A stretch of DNA of 64,000 bases from a virus, in IMG/VR virus record IMGVR_UViG_3300045988_085724, positions 32,001 through 96,000 of that record; one strand, 5' to 3'. A model generated the notes under the pieces. It ran no database searches, was not told the DNA's origin, and was given only the letters and a program-made list of their open reading frames with translations. The number at the start of each line of letters is the position of its first letter. Position 1 is the first letter of the stretch. The position numbers were made by a program, and so were the translations under genes. Below are positions 1-14,357 of this stretch, piece by piece.

Positions 1-1150
1 ATTTAGTAAGATTGCCTCGTGTGCGTTGATCAGCTATAAAGCTTTCAACACTAGCTTGTCTGTTTTCTCTATCTTGTGCAATATATGCAGGAATGTATGC
101 TTGTGTTTTTGGATCTATATACTTATCTTCAGAAGAATATAAAGTATCTTTTTGATTATATCGTTCATTAAGCTGCCTATCATAATCTTCCAAATACTCT
201 TGTGTTCTACGTTTAGCAATATCCTTACGTAAATTAGCAGCCTTACTGTCAAGAACAGAAGCTCCTTTTACTGAATCCCACAATACACCTGCTCCAAATT
301 TGACAGTATCCCATACACCCATATTATCAGTGTATTTATCTATTTTATATGCCTAATCTAGGGCCTGTAACTATGGATCCTGCATTTGCTGTTTAAGCTG
401 AGCAATGCCTGCATTTATCTCATTAATTTTTGATTGTAATTGTCGCTATGCCTATGCGCGTTGTTCAGGAGTTTCGCCAGCCTTAGGAGCATATATTTCT
501 TTATACATATCTATCTAGCCAGCAGCTTTGTCAATAGACGATTGTAATTCTAGCATCTTGAGATGAGCTTCTGCTCCAGATATATTAGCATCTGCTAATG
601 AAATATTTCCTATAGACGTTTCCATGTTAGCGTCTATACCACCCTTAAGTGCATTATTTATATGGCCCTGTAAATGAAAGAATCCACGCATTAGCCAGTC
701 TTCGATAAATACGTGATCCTTAGCTTGCTTTGCAAGCTTTGCCTCATATCCAAGAAATCCGCCTTGCTCGACTTTCCTATCCAAGAATTTTTGATAATTC
801 TCTTCAGACATTTCTTTATCGCGCATCTTATCAACGCGTTCATTTTCCTCCTTTAGCAATCTATCCTCTTCTTCTTGGCGCTTTCTAATCTCTTCCTAAC
901 GTTTTTTCTCATTAAGTCTAGCAGTTTCTTTACGCTTTTGTATATACGTATCATAACGCTTTTGTGCCTCTGCACGAACTTTAGCACCTTCTCTTATAGC
1001 ATTTTGAGTTTTTATCCACTCTTCCAGCTATTTCTTTTTCTTTTCACGCTCCATATCACTTGCAAAAGCCGGTTGAATATATCCATCTTTTATAGGTGCT
1101 TTTAGTGGAGCATAGTAGGCTCTTGGTCCTTTATAACTAATTGTTGCCAT
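1..1150 (-). CDS. virion-associated protein, E/K/Q-rich coiled-coil; C-terminal part runs off the left edge; TAG-recoded
   Basis: ATG at 1150-1148. The frame of track ORF 515..859 ends in cta (TAG) at 515-517. It stays open upstream and downstream to position 1 when TAG is read as sense. Confidence 0.6.
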
Positions 1151-1157
1151 AATTATT

Positions 1158-2696
1158 TTATTTTACATTAGTAGCTTGTCTTTTATCCATTGTAGGCATA
1201 TATGGAGCTGTACCCTATTCTGTATCCTAATAGTATACTATATTATCTTTATTCGACCTCTATAAGAAGTATCTGTCAAGAATTGGTTTATGAGTTTTAT
1301 CATCAATCTAAATTTCTCCATTTTTCTTCCTAGGTGCACGGAACCATATATTCACAGCTTCACCTCTAAATCTTTTATTTACTCCATCTTGTTTATAATC
1401 TTTAGATTTTAGTTCACCTAATGCGTAAGTTCCGACTTGAGCAATTTCACTTTCATCTACGCCAGCCTATGCTGCCATCATTTTCAGTAAATTATTACTA
1501 GTACTGCGATGTTTGTGTGGCCCGTCAGTAAAACCTTTATCGTTTGTATACATCCATCTTTTACTAACAAGTACGCTTCCAAGTTCATCCTTTGGAACAT
1601 TATAATAACCTGTAAACCGGCCGCTATTATCGTATACTCTAGTTATTCCTCTTCCAGATGGCGGATTTACTCTGTATGCAGGACCATTATGTACAGGGAA
1701 TATGGCACCAGTATTTGTACCAATTCTACGATCCGCATCCTCAAATATATCTACACGTACTCCACCACCATTTCCATCTACATCGTATTTTTGATCAATT
1801 ATCTTTTTCTGTTCATACGCATTGAGATCTAATGCATTATTAAAACTTGCTAGCTTAAACGGATCAGCCTCGTACTCTTTCTTCTTTAATTTATTTCGAT
1901 TTGTAGATACTATTTCATCCAATAACTTATTATTTGCTTCTTCTGTTAATTGTTTATCGGACAATATTGGATTAGCTTTCCTAAGTTCTTCTTTAATTTT
2001 ATGTAGTTGGAATTTGCCTTGCGCACTACTAAGATATACAGGCATCTGCGCTTTAGCTATATTTTTTAAGTCATCAGAATTTAATTCGTACACTCTATTG
2101 CCACCTTCCATACCTTTATATATAGGCTCTACGTCTTTAAACCATCCTTCAGTATCTCCACGTATTCCGGTATATTTATGCGCAACACCGTTCCATGCTC
2201 GACCAGATTTCAATGTGTCATAATCTTTAAACGGACTATTTCCTTCTAATGCATTAGCATATTCATCGAATTCACGATCATATTGACCAGCCTTCTGAAG
2301 GTCACGTACATCTTTCATATACTCTTTAGCGGCTTCTGCAGAACGTTTTAAGTTAGCTAAATCCTAATAAGGTCTACTATAAATGTAGTCATATATTGCA
2401 CTTCTACCTTCGATACTTCTCATTGGGTCTATTCCCTATCTACGTAAATCATCATATAATTTAGATGCTCCGCCTAAAGTAAGATTATAATACGCATCAT
2501 TATCTTTAGCAAAAGGGCTTGAAAAACTTCGTGTATCTTTTACATACTCTTTTAAATCTTGCATTCCTTGCATATAATCTTGGCGCACAGCATTTGCATA
2601 ATTCTACTGTGCTGCCAAGAATAATTGTGCAGTTGCAGGATCAAACATGTCATCCATCTTATAGATAACAGGTTGTTCTTGTCCTAATATATTCAT
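1158..2696 (-). CDS. virion protein (unknown function), TAG-recoded
   Basis: ATG at 2696-2694. Track ORF 1467..2318 ends in TAG. I read the frame through further TAGs to TAA at 1158-1160. The start lies 8 nt after the upstream gene stop. Confidence 0.7.
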
Positions 2697-2703
2697 TATT
2701 ATA

Positions 2704-4848
2704 TTATTTATATAATGTTCTATTAAATCTTCTTTCTTCCAGATCTGCTTTGCGATCGTATAAGTTAATAAGTCTATTATTATAATCTTGTGCGCTTGCA
2801 AATTGTTGCTGCTAAAATAAATTCTTTCCAAGTGCTCCAAGCATATTAAGTCTACCTTGGTTAGCATTCTCCATACCAAGCAATCTACGTGCTATAGCCT
2901 CTCTATAAGCTTGCTGTTGTTGAGCAAGAGCAGTCTGTCGTCTAGTAGCATCTCTATCGCCAGCCTCCATTAATGCTTGTGCATAAGCTTGTTTATACTT
3001 ATTATTTATGTCATTAGCTTCTCCGTACAATTTGGCCATATTCATCATATAGTTGTTACCATGCGCAGCTAACATCTTAGTACGTTGTCCAGCACTAAGT
3101 CCACCTTGTTGATTTATATTATAAATACCTTGTCTATATGCATCACGTATCTATTGAGCTTGTTGATACGGATCAAAATACATTTGTCCAAGTATACTTA
3201 ATGCTCTATCAGCATTGCTATTACGGACATAGCTATTAGCAGCTTGTGGAGCAGAATTTTTATAATAGTTGTATTGGCTGTTAGGTATTCCGTATGCTCC
3301 AGCATATATTAATGGCTATAGCCAATTTAAATTAAATTTACCTTTATCATACTGAGGCATTGTACCGTCATATATATTCTATATCTTATGTTGCATTTCT
3401 TGTCTGTTTAATGGTTCTTTCGTGCTTTCTACAAGCTGCTATTGCATCAAGTCTAACTGCTTGAGGTTAAGCTCTTTAGTTTTGCTATCAGCATTTTTAT
3501 TAGACTCAATCAACTTACGCAGTTTTTCATTCTTAGCGTACTATTTAGACATAGGAGCTACTTGGTCTGCAAATGATTTTCCATTAGTCCAATCTATATC
3601 ATTACCTGCAATATAGTTATTGTCACCTTCCTGTACCGAACTATATTGATCATCTGCACGTTTCTTTCCTTTATCTATATAGGTCATCTTACCTTCATCG
3701 AAGTTTACAATAGTCTCTCCTTTACCAACCTTAGAGTTTATCGGGCCAAGATGATATCCATCTTTATCGAATACCATTCCATATCTACTTTTGCTAGGTT
3801 GATCTATTAAGTTATAATTTACAGCTGTTTTTCCTCTATCGGCATTATATAAAGATGTACCAGTATAAGTATCATTATCGAATTCATTTCTAAGTCCTTC
3901 TGATGCTGCTACAGATTCAGCTTGCTTATTCTGATTAGCGTAACTTGAAATCAAAGCTTCTTTTCTGCGTCGTAATTCACGCTTACGTCTGTCACGTCCA
4001 AATAATGATCCTAAACCACCTACGAGGCCACCAATTAATCCACCACCTATAATTCCAAGCGGACCGAGCGATGTACCAAGCAACGATCCTACTGCTAATG
4101 CAGATCCTACACCAGCTCCTACTCCAGAAATACTATTGGATAATACTCTGTTATTTTCTCCGTACTTCAGCATTCTATCGTACGCAGAAGTATCTCCGAG
4201 GTTTTTAGTAGTATAATCAACTCCATTTACAGATTGAGTGATTTCATTGTGACTTTGGTCTATCATGCCTGAAGTTGGAATACTCGGACCTTTTGCAAAG
4301 CCACTTCCGAGATTATATAATCCGTACGCAGCACCTACTGCACTTAATGCAGTTCCAACAGTACCTCCTAAAGCTGATGTTGCTTGTTTTGTAGTTTCTT
4401 GTATAGCTTTTTTGCTAGCTTCTTCTCCGGCCTATTTTGCACCGGCAGACATTGCCTATCCGAGTGTATTATTTGCAGCAGCTTTCAACATCTGATCTGT
4501 AGACATCTTCGATATATTTGACATCATAGTTTTTGTAGAGGCCTATAATGCTGCATTAGAAGCTTTTTGACCTAGCCCGCCCATTATTGATGAATATTTA
4601 AATGCACCAGTCAATGGTTGTTTTAACATGGTAACATAAGGCGTGCCTGTACTTACAGCACCTTGCAATGATGGTTTATACATTCTGGCCTCTGCAGACA
4701 TATCTTGTCCCTACTATATTGAAGGAGTACCTACATTAAAGTTATCACTTTGCTAATAACCAGATGCAGTCTATTTTGCTGCTAAATCATATCTAGGTAG
4801 TCCGTTTCGTATTTGTTTATATTGTAATAATCTATCTCTTTTATTCAT
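2704..4848 (-). CDS. Gly-rich protein with hydrophobic G/A/L/V segment (tape-measure-like or ejection protein), TAG-recoded
   Basis: ATG at 4848-4846. Track ORFs 3541..4266 and 2812..3075 share one frame and both end in TAG. The frame runs to TAA at 2704-2706. It contains GVGAGVGSALAVGSLLGTSLGPLGIIGGGLIGGLVGGLG. Confidence 0.7.
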
Positions 4849-4850
4849 AA

Positions 4851-7800
4851 TTAATTGTATGATTGTCTAAATTTGGTTATTATATGTGATATTGCATGAT
4901 CATTGTCATTACTATTCATCAACAGTTCTTCTATCATCCATTTACCGCGTAATCTACGAATTCCATCTGCACACCTTGGTATCGGGAAGCATATATTTCC
5001 TTCTCTATTTGTATATTTATCGATCATTCCAGCTTCATCTAAATCTGTATAGAGATTGCAGTTGAAATTATCGTAATCAGCAGTTTGTTTAGTATGACTA
5101 GAAGTCGTATTATATAATTGCGGGAAGACTATTTGCTGATTATCAAATACTTTTGTAACTGATGCATTTGGATTTACTACAAAGTTCAATCTGGCTGTAT
5201 CATCAGTTGTTGGAGTTTCGCCATCATTACACCAACGTGTATATGATGCAAAATTAGATCTTATCGAAATTGCATCAGTCTGATTTGTTAAATTATTATA
5301 TACTGTAGCTAATTGTCCATTTAACACATCATACATAGACTACGCTATACCTAATTTGCAGTTAAATGCTAATGTCATTTCCTCACTTAAAATAGCGTTA
5401 TTTTTAATTGGGTGAAACAATAATTCATCGTTAATTGTGTCGTATGTAATTGTAGGTACTTGAGTATCGCCATTAATGTTTATCTACATTAGTGTCTTTA
5501 CATTACAATTTTCCGTAAAGTCTAATACTGACATTTTAGTGCTACCATATGCGCCAGATGTAGCTTTGTATGCTGCAATACATTTATTGCCGTAATCAAA
5601 CCAATATATATCGTTATCGACATTTACTTTACACATATCTTGTGCCCTCATTCCAAACTTGGTACTTAAGTAGTCAGATCTCTGCAATACAGTTCCTTGT
5701 CCCAGTTGTATAAGGTTACTATTTTCATCTTTAACAAGTGAACGCTCATTAACAGATAACTTACCAAATGCTTTAGTTTGCCAGAAATACAATGTATCTT
5801 GTGTAGTAAATAAATCAGTTAATTCTCCGTATATTGGGTTAACGTCTATGTAATCCACAGGTTTAAATATATTCCAACTATTTAAAAGTTCTCCGTTAGT
5901 CTTTAGTTGTGAATAACATATTCTTTGTGTATAAGTATTCTACAGATATGTAGTGCTCTATGGAGAATATAAATCGTTACTGGTTCCGTTGTCAGAATAA
6001 ATAAGGTTATATTGATGTACTGGTCTATCTTGTGAAGTTACACCCTTTATTTCACCAGCTTCAGCTTGTAAGTTAGCGTTATTTGTATTACGATAATTCA
6101 TTCCATAATCGAAATACTGATTGATAGTACTTTCCATCGGAATATAATGTATTGTCTGCATAGACTGCAATGAACTCTTATCGTCATTAAAGTCATACGC
6201 TTTATACATGCCTTCGATCTCATATATCTGTGTATACATATCACCTGTAAATACGCTCATCTTATTGATGTCATTTTCTCCTAAAGAACATGCTTTATAA
6301 TCACCAAATCCATAATACGTATCATATTGCTTAGACGACATATCTTTACCAGAATAGTGTATAGCAGGATGTGTGATCTCACATAGAAGTGTTCCCGGAT
6401 AACTATTTAATTTAGATACTTCTTCCGGATCTTTAGAATTTACTTGAGGGTCGAATGATGGTATTAAAATTCCACCTAAAGCCGATGGACTGTAATAATT
6501 TGTTATAGGATTGGTCGTTATTACTTCTCCAAAAATATATTTTAGACTGTGAGATTTTATTATTCCCCCGTTCTACGAATCTATTAATTTGCCCAATTGT
6601 TCTCTATCATCAGATAACTATATTATCAAACACCTTGCGGCAGGACCGATTGGCCCAATAGAAGGGAAACTCCTGTGTTCATGGTTACCTGAATTCTCAA
6701 CGTTTGTAAATTCAACGACATCCTTCCATGTACCTTCTGTCCATCCGAATTCATTATTTGTCCCTACAGGAATATCATATTTACTACTACAAACCCAATT
6801 CAAATAACTAGACGTAGATATATTTTTAGCATATGATTTATATTTCTTTACAGCGTTACTTATTTTACTTCCATCCATGACATGATTAGAAAAACCATCC
6901 TCCCAATTAAGCATTCTTACGTTTGATATTTCACGTATCTACATAGAATAATTATTTTGGTTCAGATTAAATTTGGTATCTTTTGTAAACTAAACATTAT
7001 CTATGTCTACTTTGTATCCGGAATTTATATTGTTAGGCCTCAATACTGGCTCACCGTTGTCATATACAATTTTATTATCAGAATCTAGCATGAAAAATCG
7101 CCTAGAATATACAGTATTTGCTGAGTATAAGTACGACAATTTATTTACCTTATTGGATTTGTCTGATTTTGAATAACTTAACGCTTTATAATTTACATTT
7201 GTATATTTGCCAAATGTATAGCTGTATTTATCAAACCCGTCACTACTAAAATCTATAACAGGAACAAAACTTAACGAAAATATATGTGTTTTTTGTATCT
7301 AGTATGAGGCGACAGCACACTTAGACGTATAATCATCATATGCATCATCATTTGTAAATCTTACTATATCTGTTTCGGTTGGAGAATACAAATACAAAGC
7401 GGGCGTTAATGATATTTGATTTGTTTTAAGTTTGTTTAACGTGTCATCCACATACGTCTGTATCTCAGGGCAATATACCTAATATAGTCTATTATCAGAC
7501 GCACCACTAGTCATTTGTTCTGGCCATTGTGTTGCATTGCCATTCGGATATGGAGTATATCCTATATACTAAGGATTACTTATAATAAATCCTGTAGGAT
7601 AATATGGAGAGTACGTACCATCAACAAGTTTCTGTCTAACGGTACTTGCTATTACAACCTGTTGCAGTGATCTAGAATATTCATCTGTACGTTGACAACG
7701 TACTATTTCGTATCCGCATATGTGGTTTGTATTAGCAAAATCTTTAAATGCATCATTTAATGTAAATTCTATACCGATTTGTATTGTGCCTAATTCGTTT

Positions 7801-9560
7801 AATTTAATTATGCCCGGATGCGGAATTCGTATATCACCTATCCATATTACGTCACTTCTTGTACCGTCGTTCTTATACAATACTATGCCGTATCGGTATA
7901 CTTCACCACGTTTAAGAGATTTGATACAACTACTTGTAATAGCATCATTATGAGTCACCTTATCTGGACGTGGAAACCCACAATCAGAAATAATATCATA
8001 CGCATTCGGTAGAGGTACATTTTCTTCTTGGTCTTGAGGTATTTTGGGCTTGATATCAAAAACAGGTACAAATCTATCATCGGACAAATCGTACTGTAGA
8101 TAATACGAATTATTTGTATCTATCGCCTCATCGTCATCAATCTAAAGTAACTATAACCTCCATGAGATATAAACACCGCTACCTCCAATATAATTATTAT
8201 AATCAAACATGGCGTTACTGTACTGATTATCAAAATTATGATTTACATCGGCATATGGGTTTGAATAATCAGCATTGTTGAACATCTTATCGCTTATAAA
8301 AGCCTAAACTGCTTTATCACCATTGTCAACCTAGTCAGGAGATTTAGACTCTGGTTTGTTATATGTATTTACATCTAGATACGGAATATTATACTTATTA
8401 CCGCTAACCGGAGTAAACTATATAGCCCAGAACTTTTTAAGATCTTCTCTATCTAATTGAAATATAGTATCATCCTTTACATTTCCAGCGAATAAATAGC
8501 CTTGATTTTGTTCAAGTAATTTAGGTATAATGTCCTGTCCATGTATCTAAGCGAACTCTTCAACGGATATAGTCTGTAAAGTCTTACGCCCGTTATCTAT
8601 AACACTAATGTTTGTGCCTGTAAACTCACCGTCATATATCAGATCAATCTAAGCATTCTAATTAGGTTTTATATATTGTATTCTATATACCTATAGCCTA
8701 TCGAATTGATCTATCTTCTCATCAACTGCTATTCCTAACTATAAACCTATTGACGTAACTGTATCTTCAGCACAGCCAACTTCAGTATCACGAGAAGGAT
8801 TTATGACTTGATATTTACGACTTAATGGTGCTAATTTACTAGTTACTCCATATTTCTTATAGAATCTATAAGTATATTGTACCTATGAAGTTTTAAGTTG
8901 TCCTCCTACGATTGCCTTATATGTAATAGCATGTTTTGGGAAATACCTATTTTGACTAATTAAATCTATATCAATTTCTCCATCTGTTTTATGGGTTGTT
9001 TCATCTATTTTATACAGACTTTTAATATAATCAGTATCCTTTACATTGATCATCATTATCTTATGCTCGCCGTCTGCAATATATAGATTTACTACTTTGT
9101 CAGTTTCATACTGTAATACTGCCGAAACATTTCGCAAGTCAACTGCATCTTCTACTTTTTCTCGAATTTTTATTTTGCACAAGAATGCCCATCTGTATCT
9201 TGGTAATTCATCAGAAGCCTCTACTTTATACAAATATATGTAATTATTATGTAGCTTAATTAAGATATTAGTGTCTCCTGACGTAATTATTTTTATTATC
9301 CGCTGAGTTTTATCGTCGTCGAATTTAGGTACAATCTAAGTCGTATAAGTAATGTCTTCATTTAACGCTTTAACTGGAGTCATTACTCCGTATTTTCCAT
9401 ATGCAGCGATATCATTGTAGCTATTTATTTTTGACGTACCGTACGGCCGCAAATTAACAGCATATATGTACTGGTTATTTTTAATAGTGTCATACGCAGA
9501 ATCAGTATTCATACCACCAGTAAAAGTATTTATAAACGTATTATTCTGTTCAGTAGCCAT
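4851..9560 (-). CDS. giant structural protein (about 1570 codons; tail hub/muzzle-type candidate), TAG-recoded
   Basis: Seven track ORFs (9336..9623, 8883..9233, 7569..8087, 6618..6914, 5958..6341, 5484..5858, 4851..5336) are all in one frame. The junctions I checked are TAG. I read 8088-8460 and 5337-5483 through with TAG as sense and found them open. TAA stop at 4851. ATG at 9560 (MATEQNNTF...). Confidence 0.75.
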
Positions 9561-10458
9561 AGTAATAATCATTATATAAAGACTGTTGTTTACCAATATT
9601 ACTGAAGAATGTTTCATCTCCATCCCAATCTGGTATTAACTTATTCCAGTCTCTCTTTATGTTCTGCATATCATCTGCTGTAGGCATCATAGCTTCTGCA
9701 TATGCTTGATTTCTATAAAAATTCCACTGTTGCTGTAAGTAAGAATAAACAGCACCGTTATTATTCACGCCTTTACCGCCGAGCTTTCCTTTAAGGTATT
9801 TTGAGAAATTTATTTTCATTACTACATACCAATATATTGCCTCTTGATACGATGTCGTATCTGGGATAAGTGGATACCCACGCTCATCTGTAGCGATTGC
9901 TTTATATTGTAATTTAATGTACCCATCTCGCATATTAGTAGCAATCCAACCTGGCTTAATAAAATATTCTGGTTTTTCATTAAGTCTATTGCGCAAATAC
10001 TTCATTCCGTTTACTGTTGCAAACTGTGATTGAGTGGTTGGATATTTATACTTCATCTCCTCGTGTTCGGGCTTAATTTCTTGCCTTTCTGCGGCTAAAT
10101 TATTTGGGTCTGTAGGAAGTACGTATTCTTCTTGAGCCTTAGGTATTTGTTTGCTTTTAAACAACCCTGTAGCAGTACTCATTGGCTGCCATGGTCCATT
10201 TTCATTCTTAGAATATGCCACACCATCTAATACAATTAAATCGGCAGGCATCGGTATTTGATAGTCTTGTATTTTAAATATAGGTACGCCATCTATGCCA
10301 GACTCTCTAACTATATATTGCATAGGTGCGCCTATCTTTTCAGTAGCTTCAAATATCCATTCTCTAATATCCTCAATACGCTATCTTACCTCAGACGAAT
10401 CTAGGTCTGCCATAATCTTAGCTATGACAGCCTCACACTTAGTATACTTGTATATCAT
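9550..10458 (-). CDS. structural protein (unknown), TAG-recoded at the N-terminus
   Basis: Track ORF 9550..10323 ends in TGA. The frame extends upstream through TAG at 10381 and 10465 to the TAA boundary at 10489. ATG candidates are 10458 and 10413. Confidence 0.6.
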
Positions 10459-10843
10459 TGATATCTATATAATCTTGTTTGTTGAATATTAACTAAGCTA
10501 GTTTACGTTTATTAGCGCGTACTAAATTAAGTTGATATCTATATCTGTCTGGGAACGTCCTAGGTATCTTAGACCAATATAATCTAAATTTATACCCATC
10601 TGAATGTTCATTTAAATAATATATTCGCTTATTGTACTCTTTACTAGCTTTATAATCTACAGATAGAGACTTGCCATCATAGTTCTTAGGTCTATATTTA
10701 CCAACCTATATCATACCTAATCCATAAGGCATTTTAAAGCCTTCTGAGCGCATGAATACGTGTTCTAGTATAATCTAGCACATACACTCTAATATGCGCT
10801 TATACGTAACGTAATCAATCTCTATTGGCATTCCTTTGTACAT
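10439..10843 (-). CDS. small DNA-binding-like protein (possible HU/IHF-like), TAG-recoded
   Basis: ATG at 10843-10841 to TAA at 10439-10441, with three in-frame TAGs. It is basic, with a ...GFKMPYGLGMIQVGKYRPKNYDGK... segment. crAss-like capsid modules carry an IHF-like gene, as I recall. Confidence 0.4.
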
Positions 10844-10862
10844 GTCTCTAAATGTAATTGAT

Positions 10863-11573
10863 TTACTATTGTTCATCTTGTGGTCCATGTGGTTTAACAC
10901 TGGCTAATGTAGCATTGTTACTATCATCGCTAGGTCTATTTAACATAAACGACAATTCGTTTTTAAGTATATTATTCTTGATTGGAGGAACTAACCATGC
11001 GGGTATCTTTACTTCATCCTCATCGATATCATCTCCATCTTCAGCATCTTCTATATCTTCGTATATAGCCATTACCCAAATATACTTAAATTTACTATCA
11101 TCAGGCAATCCTTGTACGTATATATAGCCTCCATCATAGTAAGCAGTAATAGCATTACCTGTGTACTTTCTAAATGCTTGGTAATGTTTACGTACGTGAT
11201 TCATGTACTGTATTATACAACCATTTTGATCATGCACGCTAAGTATGCTTGATTCGTCGTTATTATATATACCTTCTAATTTTTCCTTGGTACGCTTAGT
11301 GTTGTTTGGCCAATGATCATCGTCTGTAGGATTTATTAACTCTAAGGGACCTTTTTCTCTAATAAATATATCATCTATATAGTCCTCAAGCAGTTCGTCG
11401 TCGACAGCCTACTCCTTCTATTTATCAAGCCTGTCTTTAAGGATCATCTACTTATAAGCTCTAATCCAAACGGCTATTTGATGTCTTGACAAATCTTCAC
11501 TTTCACTAATATTGTTATTGCGTACTATTAAAAGTATATCATCTATAAATTCTCTTAGTGAAATATATGTCAT
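10863..11573 (-). CDS. virion/head-completion candidate (unknown), TAG-recoded
   Basis: ATG at 11573-11571. I read the frame through TAGs at 11448, 11418 and 11409. It ends TAG-TAA at 10866/10863. Confidence 0.65.
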
Positions 11574-11578
11574 AATTA

Positions 11579-12235
11579 TTAATTGTTTGATTCAACTATT
11601 CTTACATCTTTACTTTTAAGTAAGTCGTTTGTATTTACTATGTTGTATTTATACTTAGTAACTTTCTTAAAGTCCAATGTAAATAATCGTTTAAAGAAAT
11701 TCTTTTTATTTTTATATTCTCTTTTAGTATATACGTATAGATATTGTTCATTTTGTAAGTCTATTGCTATATTTACAGTATCGTTACCTATAGTATATTT
11801 AACTTTAGTTAGAGGGTTATATAATATACTATCTGTATATATACTATCTTTAACTATAATATTACCCCCTACCCCCTTGCTGCCTATAACGTTTAATACC
11901 TAGGTTTGAGTTGCTGCAGTATGTAGCTGCTTTGGTTTTATTTTTAATTCTTTACGTACACTATCTAATTTATGAAGTACAGAATCCTTTGAATTCTGTA
12001 ATTGTTCGACTGTAAGCTTTAATACATTAGAAGCCTACTAAGAGTCGCTAAGCAACCCCTAATAGGCTTCAATGTTGTTCTAAGCTGTTTCTAAGCTCTG
12101 TGACAGCTTTTTATTCTAATTGTGAAGAATTACTCCCCAGCACAATAAAAGTCCAACACAAAGCCCGGAAATGGCCTTAAATAGAGTCTTACGATTGTTG
12201 AACAGATACTTCAGTATTGTTTTTATCGTCATCAT
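11579..12235 (-). CDS. spanin-like lysis protein (N-terminal TM anchor plus coiled coil), 6 in-frame TAG
   Basis: ATGATG at 12235-12230, overlapping the holin 3' end. Contains ...AISGLCVGLLLCWGVILH... followed by a coiled-coil segment. TAA at 11579-11581. All codons were verified by hand. Confidence 0.55.
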
Positions 12236-12731
12236 GTTTTTTCAATTCAATTTCTACTCCAGTATAAGCCTCCCCTTTCTTCTTTAAGAATTTACTTAAA
12301 GCTCTCCAAGGACCGTTTGGATTCAATGTATTTAAATTTTCAAGTATTGACCATATTTCAGTTAATGTTATAATAACTGTCGCGCCACCTGTCAATACAA
12401 ATACGCCTTCGGTACCAAGAACTGCATATTCAAGCATTCGTGCTAAACATATTATAGCGAACTCAGCTTTTATTTTATTCCATGTACCATGCCTAGTATG
12501 GTCACTAGTAATTTTGCAATGCTATTTCTTTGCAACAGCTATTCCATAGAACATATCTACAGTAGATGCAGTGAAACAACATGCGAGTAAGCCTATAATA
12601 GGAGTAAAGTAAGCAGTAATAAGTGCTCCAGCAGCAACACAAATCTTTCCTAGTATTGTGTTACCACTTATTGTATTTATAACTTCATAGATACTTGAGC
12701 ATACTTTTATTATAGACTATCCTAAACTCAT
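12189..12731 (-). CDS. holin (phage_holin_4_1-like), 2 in-frame TAG
   Basis: ATG at 12731-12729 overlaps the endolysin TGA (ATGA). Hydrophobic N-terminal half. Contains the ...TEIWSILENLNTLNPNGPW... motif. TAA at 12189. Frame verified codon by codon. Confidence 0.7.
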
Positions 12732-13156
12732 TGTATTGTAATATTAATTTTACCTTCTTTATAAGCTTTTTCTAATAACGGAAATAATTTGTCGTATGTA
12801 ATCTTTGATTCGACCACTTTACCGACAACTTTATTTTTACCTACTATTATACATCCTAGAGAATCCTTGGCTGTATTTCCAGTATGAATCCTTATACCTT
12901 CATAGCCTGGCACATTCAATATGTGTGCCATTCTACGTTTAAATCTATTACTGTAATCAATGATTAATGAATATGTACCTGTAGGTATTGCTGTTTCACC
13001 GTACACTTTCTTTTTCTTTATGTCATTGATTGACATGTTTTGATTTAATCCACGATCTTTATCTTCAATCGTGTCGCAGAAATACACATTGTCAATATAT
13101 AACTTGCCAATAGTATATGTTTCTTTCTTGGCTATACGTTTCAGTAATATATTCAT
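12728..13156 (-). CDS. cell-wall hydrolase, YkuD/DUF5675-like (H-x-G...S-x-GC motif), TAG-free
   Basis: Contains IRIHTGNTAKDSLGCIIVG. ATG at 13156 is preceded by GGAGG. TGA at 12728-12730. Confidence 0.65.
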   Translation of the reverse strand: MNILLKRIAKKETYTIGKLYIDNVYFCDTIEDKDRGLNQNMSINDIKKKKVYGETAIPTGTYSLIIDYSNRFKRRMAHILNVPGYEGIRIHTGNTAKDSLGCIIVGKNKVVGKVVESKITYDKLFPLLEKAYKEGKINITIQ

Positions 13157-13160
13157 ATCA

Positions 13161-14282
13161 TTAATCCTCCCAACTACCAGGGTCACTAGTAATAGTTATT
13201 GTAATATTGTTCTTTGTAATAGGACTATATATCCAGAACGTGCGATTATCATTAGTATTAACAGTACACCCGTCACCTTGAGCACCAGTAACATCTCCTA
13301 CAGATGCACCTGGGGTTTTAAATGCTTCAAACTAAATTATCTGTTTAGGGTCACCTGACAGACAATTATTGTTTACAAATATTTCGGAAGGGCCTTCAAC
13401 AGTAACAGTACTCTCATGAACGTATTTAACAGTATGCCATTTTCCAGAACTAACTACCTTCATTGTCGCATTTATAGCTACATTGTCCCTCAATAAATAT
13501 GTAATCTCTGTATTCACATCACTATATTTATCAATTCTATTAATTTGCCCGTTTTCACCTACAGCTATAGCAGATGGACCTCCATGCATGGCAACAGTAA
13601 ACAATTCATTGAATTCATCCGGAGTTACTTCTTTAGATGCACCGTTCGAGTAATGAAGCTCTATACTATATACAACATGGTTATAATCCTCATCTCCAAT
13701 ATTAAATACTTGCTATGTTTCAAGTGTTAATGTGTTAGGAATACTTATGCTTGTTATATATGGAGTATCTAAGTCGATTACTGTATCTGTGTCAATATCT
13801 TGGTCATTACTGGTTAATGCAAATACTACGCCTTTATCTATAGTATACGTACGTAAGTTATCTGCGCCCCATCCTGTTTGATACAGTGTAAGTACAATAA
13901 CTACACGATATTCTCCTAATAGCTTCTAGTCTACAGCAGGAAAATAAGCCTCTATCTTATTCTGTTCGGCCAACAGTCTAGACGGTGCTAAATATTCCTT
14001 CTTAATGCTCATAAAAGGCGTAGAATTTACGCCAAAACCATTGTATCCAGGAAACCAGTGAGGAGCGTCTATATTGCATGGGAATACATTGTACATCGGT
14101 TTGCCACAGTTACATATATTATATTGTGCAGGATCATATGTTTGAGGAAACGGATTAACGTTGCTATCAGATTCAGGTATGAAATAACATCTCAACTGTT
14201 TGATCATCGTAGCATCAAAATCCGTTAATTCATGTAATGTAGTCTATACACGAATATCATTGCCTATTCTTATTCTTTTCAT
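13161..14282 (-). CDS. structural protein (unknown), TAG-recoded
   Basis: ATG at 14282-14280 (MKRIRIGNDIRV...). Track ORFs 13926..14207 and 13332..13604 are in the same frame and both end in TAG. I read it through to TAA at 13161-13163. Confidence 0.7.
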
Positions 14283-14300
14283 ATTATTCGTGTTAAAACA

Positions 14301-14337
14301 ATAAAAGCTAGAATGGGTAAATCCCCACCCTAGCTTT
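14301..14337 (-). terminator. rho-independent terminator after 14358..15452
   Basis: Minus strand reads AAGCTAG-loop-CTAGCTT followed by TTTTATT. Confidence 0.6.
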
Positions 14338-14357
14338 AGTGTTTGTTAATATTTAAA

